From a virus, in the IMG/VR virus record IMGVR_UViG_3300029231_000023, positions 1-40,792 of that record: a stretch of DNA of 40,792 nt; one strand, given 5' to 3'. Made by a program: the position numbers and the translations under genes. This document shows, piece by piece, positions 6,476 through 13,328 of this stretch. The notes under the pieces were generated by a model, which saw only the letters and a program-made list of their open reading frames with translations, was not told the origin of the DNA and made no database searches. The stretch's first letter is position 1; each line of letters begins with the position of its first letter.

Positions 6476-7559
6476 AAAGGAAATCCCAGACGGCGCGCCT
6501 TACTGTTGCTGGTGCGGAAAAAAACAGGAAGCGCGGCGAAACCGGACACGCGGGAACGGGCAAGGAAGCGCTTACCAGCGAGGGAAGACGTGGACGGCGC
6601 GTTGGACAGAAAGAACTTACCTAGACGAGAACGACAAGCTTCGGCAAAAGATGCGAACAAAAGGCGGGTTTACATCAAAGCGCGCCGCCCTCCAATATGC
6701 CGCAAACCCTCCGAAGGAAGAGCAGCGAAGCCCCACTCTCAGAGAATACTACAAAACATATCTGCGTGGGGATTATCTATCCTTATCGGCTGATCGTCAG
6801 GGCGCGGCGGAAAAGGCATTCGAGCGCATGAAAGAAATCGCCGACCGTGAGATCGACGCGCTTACCATCGCGCAGATACAGGATGTCATCGACCGCAACG
6901 CCAGCACCTATTACACGCGGAAAGATATGAAAACCGTCCTCTCCCACTGTTATAACCTCGCAATCGCAGAAAAGCAAACAACCGTGAATCTTGCAAAGTA
7001 CATAAAGCTTCCGGAATTGGAAGAGAAGTCGCCGGAGCCGTTTACCGACGCCGACGTAAAAAAGCTATGGGAAGCGTATGCAAAAGACCACTTCGTTGGG
7101 TTTATTTTAACGATGATTTATACCGGCATGATGCCCGGTGAGCTTCTGAAACTCAAGAAAGATATGATTGACTTTGAAAAGAATGAGATCGTCCGAGGCG
7201 GCATAAAGACAAAGAAGCGGAAGGAAACGCCTATGGTCTTCCCGGATTTCGTTGCGCCGGTGCTGCATGAACTATGCGAAGAAAGCAAATCGCGCGTCGG
7301 AAATATCTGCTGCATAAACAAAGATAATTTTTACAAGAGATATTATGAGTGTTTGGAGCTTGCCGGAGTGCAAAAGCTACCACCTTACTCATGCCGCCAT
7401 ACAACCGCTACAGCCCTCGCAATGAAAAACATCGACCCGTTTACGATCAAGGAAATCATGCGCCACACGAAGATAACGACTACCCAACGGTATGTACACC
7501 CGGACATGAAAGGCATGGTCAATGCCGTAAATCAGTTGCAAAACGACTCGACAGAGTGA
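6456..7559 (+). CDS. int: Tyrosine integrase with an N-terminal zinc ribbon
   Basis: GGAGG lies 5 nt upstream of the ATG at 6456. Zinc ribbon CIKC...CCWC. Catalytic-type motifs SCRHTTAT and MRHTKITTTQRYVH. Confidence 0.9.
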   Translation: MECIKCKKEIPDGAPYCCWCGKKQEARRNRTRGNGQGSAYQRGKTWTARWTERTYLDENDKLRQKMRTKGGFTSKRAALQYAANPPKEEQRSPTLREYYKTYLRGDYLSLSADRQGAAEKAFERMKEIADREIDALTIAQIQDVIDRNASTYYTRKDMKTVLSHCYNLAIAEKQTTVNLAKYIKLPELEEKSPEPFTDADVKKLWEAYAKDHFVGFILTMIYTGMMPGELLKLKKDMIDFEKNEIVRGGIKTKKRKETPMVFPDFVAPVLHELCEESKSRVGNICCINKDNFYKRYYECLELAGVQKLPPYSCRHTTATALAMKNIDPFTIKEIMRHTKITTTQRYVHPDMKGMVNAVNQLQNDSTE

Positions 7560-7621
7560 ATTATGTATGCTACAAAATATGTTACAAACGCCAATTTCCC
7601 CAGTGTTTTCAATGGGTTTTT

Positions 7622-7686
7622 CTCCCCTGCTAAGGGAGTAGGCGTCTAAAAAGCGCGCGAGAGTTCAAATCTCTCCTTCCGCGCCA
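7622..7686 (+). tRNA. 3' fragment of a tRNA-Ser(GCU)-like gene (anticodon arm to CCA), probable attP core
   Basis: Anticodon stem CTCCC/GGGAG with loop CTGCTAA (anticodon GCT), a long variable arm, T arm GAGAG-TTCAAAT-CTCTC, and acceptor 3' strand CTTCCGC-G-CCA. No matching 5' acceptor GCGGAAG or D arm lies upstream. Confidence 0.6.
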
Positions 7687-7688
7687 AA

Positions 7689-7731
7689 GTACCGATTTTA
7701 GATTTAAAACATCTAAAATCGGTACTTTTTT
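7689..7731 (+). terminator. Rho-independent terminator after the tRNA fragment
   Basis: 15-bp stem GTACCGATTTTAGAT / ATCTAAAATCGGTAC, 7-nt loop, then TTTTTT. Confidence 0.75.
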
Positions 7732-7852
7732 ATGCTTTTCACCCTATTTTCTGCGTATTTTCAAAAAGCAAAAAATCACGTTATGACACGCTCTGTAACA
7801 TAAAATCATTTCCCGTATGCTACATTGTATGCTACAGATTCAGCGCAATGCG

Positions 7853-7873
7853 AGGGGACTCCCCTATTTTTTT
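7853..7873 (+). terminator. Short GC hairpin plus T7 run (A run on the other side; possibly bidirectional)
   Basis: AGGGG-ACT-CCCCT followed by ATTTTTTT. It abuts the stop codon of the minus-strand gene 7875..8222. Confidence 0.5.
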
Positions 7874-7874
7874 G

Positions 7875-8222
7875 CTACATGGACTTTATTTTCCGAAGCA
7901 TAGAATCATAGACTTTTCGGTTCACAAGCGATAATGTGTCCATAAGTTCATCAACGACCGCCCAAGCCTTTGCCGGGTCTTTCCCAGCTACCGCAAGCAA
8001 AAACTCACTGTCCCCGTACTCGCCCACGGTAGCCGGTTCTGCGGTCACAGGGGCGGGAGCGCCGGAGTAGTAACCGACATACTTACCGCCGTCGCCCCGT
8101 TTCTCTTCCTGCATCTTGTCGCGTATCACATAAAGATCTGCCAGTTTGGCATAATTGGGATAGCTGGATTCCTCATATTCCAGCCGCGCTATCTCCTTGC
8201 GGATCTCGGCTTTATCCAGCAT
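7875..8222 (-). CDS. Cargo operon gene 10: hypothetical protein
   Basis: 115 aa. AAGGGGG RBS. No motif recognised. Confidence 0.55.
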   Translation of the reverse strand: MLDKAEIRKEIARLEYEESSYPNYAKLADLYVIRDKMQEEKRGDGGKYVGYYSGAPAPVTAEPATVGEYGDSEFLLAVAGKDPAKAWAVVDELMDTLSLVNRKVYDSMLRKIKSM

Positions 8223-8234
8223 ATCATATCCCCC

Positions 8235-8606
8235 TTATGCCCGCTCGATCTGCTCCATGCAGCGGCGGATCGCTTCGCGGGTCTTATCGTCGTCCGCGTC
8301 GCGCATCATATCGTCCAGCTGCGCGCGCATGTGCTCGCGGGCATCAGCGCGGGTATAGCGGCCCATTGCGTCACGGCGGCGGCCACGGTAAGAGCTGCCC
8401 CGGCCGTAAGTACCGCGCATATCCGCCTCCCACTCGCCATCGCGGGAATAGCCGCCGTCTTCAGCCATCTCGATCTTGTAGGTATTCTTGATGGAGCTGG
8501 TCAATTTCTGGATCGCGTCGAGGTCGCCTGCGGACATTTCCCGCTTCTCGGCAATTTCGTCCAGCTCTTTGCAGAGCATTTCGCGGAGATTCCTCAGATC
8601 ATACAT
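8235..8606 (-). CDS. Cargo operon gene 9: acidic/Arg-rich hypothetical protein
   Basis: Start at ATG 8606 with GGAGG 7 nt upstream. It has an RG/Y-rich centre (GRGSSYRGRRRDAMGRYTR). Confidence 0.55.
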   Translation of the reverse strand: MYDLRNLREMLCKELDEIAEKREMSAGDLDAIQKLTSSIKNTYKIEMAEDGGYSRDGEWEADMRGTYGRGSSYRGRRRDAMGRYTRADAREHMRAQLDDMMRDADDDKTREAIRRCMEQIERA

Positions 8607-8620
8607 ATTGCTTCCTCCTT

Positions 8621-9049
8621 TCATGCTACGCGCTCGACGGTAAGATTGCTGTTTGCAAAATTAACCGTTTGCGCGCTGGTGTTTCGCATACCTACCGTCA
8701 GGCAGCAGCCTCTTGGCACGCTCACATGTGCGGATACATAAACGTTAAAGTAGTTTTCTACCGCTGCCGGTGTCACGATCGCCGTCGCGCTTGCAAGGGC
8801 TTCACCGTTGATGGCAAGTGCGGCCGTGATCGCCTCGACCGTGCCGCCGGTTGGAATTGCGATGTTGCCGCCGTAGGAGACTTTGAAAACTGCTCTACAC
8901 TGATTCGTCAGCCCGCGCAGCGTAACAAGCCCGCTTCCTTCGCGATGTACGATGCACGGCTTTCCGCAAGCTGCCGTGGAGATCAGAGGGACGTTCTGCC
9001 CAGCGGCGACGCCGACGACGTTGGAATTTGTAAACTCAGCCAATCCCAA
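8621..9049 (-). CDS. Cargo operon gene 8: BclA-C-terminal / C1q-TNF-like jelly-roll protein (tentative)
   Basis: 142 aa with no ATG start; TTG at 9049. The pattern VPL...G.VTL...AVFKVSYGG...LAINGEAL...NLTVERVA parallels the BclA C-terminal domain, which ends ...IIIEKVA. Confidence 0.45.
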   Translation of the reverse strand: MGLAEFTNSNVVGVAAGQNVPLISTAACGKPCIVHREGSGLVTLRGLTNQCRAVFKVSYGGNIAIPTGGTVEAITAALAINGEALASATAIVTPAAVENYFNVYVSAHVSVPRGCCLTVGMRNTSAQTVNFANSNLTVERVA

Positions 9050-9260
9050 ACACCCCGCTTCCCGAATTGCCTGCTTTGCAGTAGTTCAAAATCGGCTCCA
9101 TCGCCGTCTTCATCGCCTCTGCGCAGCTCGGCTGCTCCATTTCGTCCACCGTTTTCAGGATACAGGCGTATGTATAGAGATCCGTGATGTTCATCTTGTA
9201 CAGATCCACGCCCATCAGGTGATCGATGAATTTCTTCTTGAGTTCCTTATATGTTGCCAT
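9036..9260 (-). CDS. Cargo operon gene 7: small hypothetical protein
   Basis: Internal ATG at 9260 with AAGGA 8 nt upstream. The upstream part of ORF 9036..9344 overlaps a terminator hairpin. Confidence 0.45.
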   Translation of the reverse strand: MATYKELKKKFIDHLMGVDLYKMNITDLYTYACILKTVDEMEQPSCAEAMKTAMEPILNYCKAGNSGSGVFGIG

Positions 9261-9269
9261 AAAATCATT

Positions 9270-9310
9270 CCTTTCATAAAAATATAGCGGCGGGACGATT
9301 GCCCCGCCGC
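9270..9310 (-). terminator. Intrinsic terminator or attenuator inside the cargo operon
   Basis: On the minus strand: GCGGCGGG-gcaatcgt-CCCGCCGC followed by TATATTTTTAT, ending about 10 nt before the RBS of the next gene. Confidence 0.6.
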
Positions 9311-9383
9311 GTTGCTTTCGAGTATCGGCAATGGGGCCGACCATTTTCGTGAGGCCACGAAAAAGCTCTACGATGTGGAGTTG

Positions 9384-10142
9384 TTACGCGCAGTTGCCGC
9401 AGCCGTAGTTGTAGCCGCTGTTGCAGCAGTACGGATTCGCTACAACATAGGCCGGGCTGGGACTCGGGCGAAGCGTGGAAACAAGGTAATTGTTTTGTGC
9501 CGCCTGCGATGCCGCCAGCTGGTAGCCGAAAAGCTGCTGGTTCTGCTCGGCGATCTTCGCGTCCTTCGCCGCAAGCTCCTGCGCCGTCAGACGCTGGTCG
9601 ATGCTGCGGAAGCCGCAGTTCATCGCGTCGATGATGTCGCGCGTGGTGTTCTGCACGGTGTTGCGGGTGTCGCATGCCTGCGTCGCCATGTCATAGCGCA
9701 CCTGGGCGATTGCAGCGCGGTTTTCGCAGCAGCACTCCTGTGCCTGCATCGCCATGTTGTTCAGCTGCTGCATAAGCGCGGCCTGCTGGTTGCAGCGGGA
9801 AAGCTCGGCCTGAGCAAAGCCGTTTGCCATCGCCATGTTGGTGCCGTTGACAAGCTGCGCCTGCTGGTAAAATCCGTCGCAAAGTCCCTGATTTACACTG
9901 TCGATCTTGCGCTCGATGTTGGAGAAGTCAGAGGCCAGCACATAGCCGTCTACAACGCCGCCGGAATTTCTGCCGTTGTTGCCGAATCCGTTTCCATTGC
10001 CGCCCCAGCCGCAGAAAATGGCAAGGAACAGGATGATGATCCACCAGCCATTATCACCGCCGAAGCCGCCCCAGCCGCCACCTGTCATGCCGGTAGGCGC
10101 GACGGGCATTGTCATGGTCGGGGAGCCGTCATTCAAACTCAT
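9384..10142 (-). CDS. Cargo operon gene 6: Gly/Trp-rich membrane protein with a Q/N/A-rich coiled coil and a Cys-rich tail
   Basis: ORF 9384..10151; the ATG at 10142 has better SD spacing. Sequence GGGWGGFGGDNGWWIIILFLAIFCGWGGNGNGFG, an internal CCC, and a C-terminal PYCCNSGYNYGCGNCA. Confidence 0.6.
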   Translation of the reverse strand: MSLNDGSPTMTMPVAPTGMTGGGWGGFGGDNGWWIIILFLAIFCGWGGNGNGFGNNGRNSGGVVDGYVLASDFSNIERKIDSVNQGLCDGFYQQAQLVNGTNMAMANGFAQAELSRCNQQAALMQQLNNMAMQAQECCCENRAAIAQVRYDMATQACDTRNTVQNTTRDIIDAMNCGFRSIDQRLTAQELAAKDAKIAEQNQQLFGYQLAASQAAQNNYLVSTLRPSPSPAYVVANPYCCNSGYNYGCGNCA

Positions 10143-10226
10143 ATTTTTCATTCCTTTCGTAGATTCAAAAGATTTATCTCAATCGTGGCCACGATTTTGA
10201 TCGTTCAACTGTTTGGAATTCCCGAA

Positions 10227-10442
10227 CTATTGCAGCAGTTGCCGGAATTGCCCCGCCACCTGCTGCAGCTGATTCAACTGCTGCTGCGAGATTTTCCCGC
10301 TTCGCACCAGCTTTTCGATCTCTGCTTTTGGATCCCCCTGAAAGCTGTTCTGGAATTGCCGGAACTGCTGTATCATGTTCTGGAACTGCCCCATCGGGCC
10401 GGGCAGCTGTCCGCCGCCGAGGGCGTTAAACAGTGGGTTCAT
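10227..10442 (-). CDS. Cargo operon gene 5: small Q-rich helical protein
   Basis: 71 aa. GAAGGAGG RBS. Repeated QQF/QQL motifs. Confidence 0.55.
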   Translation of the reverse strand: MNPLFNALGGGQLPGPMGQFQNMIQQFRQFQNSFQGDPKAEIEKLVRSGKISQQQLNQLQQVAGQFRQLLQ

Positions 10443-10902
10443 TGTCCGCCTCCTTCATCTTTCGCGGTCTGACGCTTGGGGCGGATAGCTTCGCCACAAG
10501 CTCTTCAAACTCCCTGCGGGTCACATATTCTTCGCTCATGTCTTTTCGCGGCGCTGCGGGCGCTGGCGCGGCCTGTGCGCGTTCTACGAGGTCGTAGACG
10601 ATCATGCTCGGCTTGCCGCTTGCATCAGCTTTTTTGACGTACACAACAGGCGCGTTCATGTCCCATAGCGTTACGGCATTGTTGGGTGCAACAATAAAGT
10701 CGTTTGCCGCCTGCTCGTTCGGGATCCAGATGATCGACTGATTCTGCGGCTGCTGGGGCTGCGGCTGGTAGGCCGACATCTGCGGCGCGGGCTGGTACTG
10801 CGGACGCATCATTGGCTCCTGCATCGGCTGACTGATCGGCTGGCCGATTGGCTGATTATAAATCGGCTGCTGATACACATACGGCTGTTGTCCGAACATC
10901 AT
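10426..10902 (-). CDS. Cargo operon gene 4: protein with a roughly 55-aa Q/P-rich N-terminus plus a small globular domain
   Basis: 158 aa. AAAGGAGG RBS. ATGA coupling to the upstream gene. Confidence 0.6.
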   Translation of the reverse strand: MMFGQQPYVYQQPIYNQPIGQPISQPMQEPMMRPQYQPAPQMSAYQPQPQQPQNQSIIWIPNEQAANDFIVAPNNAVTLWDMNAPVVYVKKADASGKPSMIVYDLVERAQAAPAPAAPRKDMSEEYVTRREFEELVAKLSAPSVRPRKMKEADNEPTV

Positions 10903-11291
10903 TTATCCTCCTTTGCCCAGTAGAACAGCGGGATCTCATTGCCGCTGTCCCATGTGTCGAAATAGCTTCCGTTCTCCGCACAGACCACATGACTGGACAG
11001 AGCAAGAACGTACACGCCGCGCGGATGGTCTGCGCAGAAATCCGCGACGGTGTAGCAGTCCGGGCATGTGTTTGGGATCACGTTCCGGGTAAAGCCCTGC
11101 TGCCGGAGGTATGCGCTCCACACGCTGTTTGCGCTCGGCAGATCGCCCATGATGAGCCCCTGCAGGCACAGGCCGATATACACCTCGTCCCAGCTCTTCC
11201 CGGTCGCCTTTGCGATGGCCCGGACGGTGCAGTCCCCGACCTTCTGCCCGGCGGGATTTGGATTGAAATAAGAAAAGCCCATACCGAACAC
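10899..11291 (-). CDS. Cargo operon gene 3: putative papain-fold cysteine peptidase-like protein
   Basis: 130 aa. Candidate triad: Cys in GDCTVRA, His in SSHVV, Asp in FDTWD. AAGGAG RBS. Confidence 0.45.
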   Translation of the reverse strand: MFGMGFSYFNPNPAGQKVGDCTVRAIAKATGKSWDEVYIGLCLQGLIMGDLPSANSVWSAYLRQQGFTRNVIPNTCPDCYTVADFCADHPRGVYVLALSSHVVCAENGSYFDTWDSGNEIPLFYWAKEDK

Positions 11292-11347
11292 TCCTTTGAT
11301 GTGTCCAGTATGGGCTTTTTACTATTTTCCTGTGCCTCAGTTATGCA

Positions 11348-11530
11348 TCAGTTTTGCTCAAATAAATATGCAGCAATCCAGCCGCGTATCAGTTCGTTTG
11401 GCGTCGTGCCGTTGGACTTGGCTGCGGCCTTAAATCTTTCCGCGATCTCCCGCTTGAGCTTGCAGGAGATCACGGACATGTTCTCAGCGTCCCACTTGTT
11501 GCGAGCGCGGCGCTGGGTGTCAGTCGGCAT
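11348..11530 (-). CDS. Cargo operon gene 2: ribbon-helix-helix (CopG/Arc-like) protein
   Basis: Start at the internal ATG 11530. Sequence MPTDTQRRARNKWDAENMSVISCKLKREIAERFKAAAKSNGTTPNELIRGWI. Confidence 0.55.
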   Translation of the reverse strand: MPTDTQRRARNKWDAENMSVISCKLKREIAERFKAAAKSNGTTPNELIRGWIAAYLFEQN

Positions 11531-11906
11531 AGCATACCTCCCACGCGCAGACGTTCGCCGCATTCAACGCGGCAGAAATCAGCGCTTCGGCGTCCACGCC
11601 CAGAACGCCGGAGACGGACCGCAGAACGCCCAAGACATCCTCCGGGGTGTCAACGGACGCATCGTCCATTGTGCCGTCGGAAAATTGCCAGCAGAAGCCG
11701 TCAGCCGTCACGGAAAAATACACGCGGCTGCCAAAATCGCCGCAGGACGTGTCGTCGGCCTCGACGGTGACAAGCTGGCCGTTAAGATCGACGACGATAC
11801 CGCCGGAAAACTGCCAGTAACCTCCGCCATTATTTGCAGTGTCCGGGTTATAGTGGGGATTTGTCTGCGCTCCCCACGCGGAAACGATATTAAACATGTC
11901 TGCCAT
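11520..11906 (-). CDS. Cargo operon gene 1: hypothetical protein with an internal YWQFSGG / FCWQFSDG repeat
   Basis: 128 aa. GGAGG RBS. First ORF after the consensus promoter. Confidence 0.55.
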   Translation of the reverse strand: MADMFNIVSAWGAQTNPHYNPDTANNGGGYWQFSGGIVVDLNGQLVTVEADDTSCGDFGSRVYFSVTADGFCWQFSDGTMDDASVDTPEDVLGVLRSVSGVLGVDAEALISAALNAANVCAWEVCYAD

Positions 11907-11953
11907 CCTCCGATTTTTTTGTCGTGTTTGTTTTGCTTTGTGTCTATGGCTGC

Positions 11954-11982
11954 ATTATATACTGTAATACCGTATATGTCAA
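11954..11982 (-). promoter_or_regulatory. Perfect consensus sigma-70/sigma-A-type promoter for the cargo operon
   Basis: On the minus strand: TTGACA (11982-11977), 17-nt spacer, TATAAT (11959-11954). Confidence 0.75.
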
Positions 11983-12002
11983 GGGCTTTTCAAAAATTTT
12001 TA

Positions 12003-12036
12003 TATAAAAAATAAGCGCCGAGAAACCGGCGCTTAT
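12003..12036 (-). terminator. Rho-independent terminator ending the late (structural/lysis) operon
   Basis: 9-bp stem ATAAGCGCC/GGCGCTTAT, 8-nt loop, then TTTTTTAT on the minus strand, 2 nt after the stop codon at 12038. Confidence 0.7.
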
Positions 12037-12037
12037 C

Positions 12038-12286
12038 TCAGTTATACAGTTTGCTGGATGTCCGCTGCATCTCCCGCATGATCTCCGGCAGGCGTCGCTG
12101 TACCGTGGCGCGGCCCAGATACAATTCTGCTGCAACGTCCACTTGCGGGAGCTTGTCCACGAAATAGAGCTGTGCAATCTGCGCGTTTTCCCGGCCAAGA
12201 TTGGCCTGATAGATTACGGCCTCCATATCCTTTCTGGTCAGCCTGCCCAGCTCTGGCGGCAGCTTGGCCCGCGCCTGCGGCGACAT
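12038..12286 (-). CDS. Small HTH protein (sigma-70 region-4-like)
   Basis: 82 aa. Sequence VAAELYLGRATVQRRLPEIMREM. Confidence 0.4.
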   Translation of the reverse strand: MSPQARAKLPPELGRLTRKDMEAVIYQANLGRENAQIAQLYFVDKLPQVDVAAELYLGRATVQRRLPEIMREMQRTSSKLYN

Positions 12287-12299
12287 AGGCCCCGCCTCC

Positions 12300-13010
12300 T
12301 TACTTTTCCTTGTGATTCAGCACAGCGATATTGCCCTTGTTGCTCACTTCGAGATCCAGCGCGGCGGCGATATCGCGGATTTTGACGTAGTTCGTGCCGT
12401 TTTTCAGGATGCGTTCAACGGCGACTTCCTTGCCGTCCACGATGATCTTGCTCTTTTCTACCATCTCAGTTTCCTCCTCTGCATTTTTTCCATCTTCGAG
12501 GGCCATCACGGTATGGCCCTCGCTTACCAGCACGTCCCCGCGCAGGAGATTGGCGTCCGTCTTCAGATATTTGCTACCAATCAACAATTTAAAATCTCCC
12601 GTTGCGGGCCAATCGTCCAGCATACAGTAGGTGGTGCAGGAATTCCCCTGCTTTTTGTAGAGCGCGGCGACGGCCTCGCAGCCTGCGGCCACGGCGCAGA
12701 GCGTCATGAGGCCGGAGCAGTCCGTTTCGACGGGCTTTGTGATCTTGCTCATGTCCCACCCGACGGCTCTGGCGGCCTCATACGCCGTGTTCCGGTCGCT
12801 CATGTCGTAACCGATATTCCGGTTTTTAATCGCTGCCTCGCACGTCTGCGCGGCCCGCTCGGCCTTTTTGCGGCTCTTGTAGCGCAGGACGCCGAGCCAT
12901 CGGCCGTTGTACCAGTTGGAGATATTCAGCTCCCGCCCATTCTGGTTGCCGGGCTGCTGATTGCGGCCGCCCGTCTCGCCGAGACTGGCCTGCCCGATCT
13001 TGATGCTCAT
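12300..13010 (-). CDS. Endolysin: Cys-His peptidoglycan hydrolase (NlpC/P60-CHAP-like) plus a C-terminal Cu-amine-oxidase-N-like wall-binding domain
   Basis: Catalytic-type motifs DCSGLM and EGHTVM. C-terminal sequence VDGKEVAVERILKNGTNYVKIRDIAAALDLEV. It follows the holin genes. Confidence 0.7.
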   Translation of the reverse strand: MSIKIGQASLGETGGRNQQPGNQNGRELNISNWYNGRWLGVLRYKSRKKAERAAQTCEAAIKNRNIGYDMSDRNTAYEAARAVGWDMSKITKPVETDCSGLMTLCAVAAGCEAVAALYKKQGNSCTTYCMLDDWPATGDFKLLIGSKYLKTDANLLRGDVLVSEGHTVMALEDGKNAEEETEMVEKSKIIVDGKEVAVERILKNGTNYVKIRDIAAALDLEVSNKGNIAVLNHKEK

Positions 13011-13315
13011 GCCCGCTCACTCCCGTACAACTCGTGGTGCAGCTGCAGCACGGCGGCCTCGATCAGCTGATCGATTGTAGATACGTCGAACCGGATTCCG
13101 TGTTCGGCCAGAAAATTGATCACATAGGCTTTCTTTTCCTCGCCGTCCGTTGCCGCGTAGAGCTGTTCCGCCGCCTTTACGCCGATCTCAACGTAAGTGC
13201 GGAGCGTTTGCAGCTTGTCCGCATCGATCTTGGTTTTGAGCCACGGGATCAGAAACGCCGAGACGAGCGCGCTGATGAGCGCGATCACTGCCGAGATGAT
13301 CTGTGTGTAGTCCAT
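13007..13315 (-). CDS. Holin, LL-H-like
   Basis: N-terminal TM helix IISAVIALISALVSAFLIPWL followed by a helical domain (KKAYVINFLAEHGI...IDQLIEAAV). Overlaps the endolysin start. Confidence 0.65.
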   Translation of the reverse strand: MDYTQIISAVIALISALVSAFLIPWLKTKIDADKLQTLRTYVEIGVKAAEQLYAATDGEEKKAYVINFLAEHGIRFDVSTIDQLIEAAVLQLHHELYGSERA

Positions 13316-13328
13316 AAGTATGCTCCTT

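Larger units (their letters stand above)
7565..7836. promoter_or_regulatory. attP region: arm-type repeats flanking the tRNA-like core
   Basis: GTATGCTACA occurs at 7565-7574, 7815-7824 and 7827-7836 as direct repeats. ATGTTACA (7579-7586) is inverted as TGTAACAT (7794-7801). Confidence 0.55.

Noticed and set aside
7622-7686. A complete, functional tRNA-Ser gene
   Set aside because: Only the anticodon arm, variable arm, T arm and 3' acceptor strand are present. No GCGGAAG 5' acceptor strand or D arm lies upstream, so it is read as the attP core fragment.
10181-10223. Palindromes ATCGTGGCCACGAT (about 10181-10194) and GGAATTCC (about 10216-10223) between cargo genes 5 and 6, as a terminator or operator
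   Set aside because: The stems are short with no loop and no U tract follows. They cannot be distinguished from chance palindromes or restriction-type sites without data.
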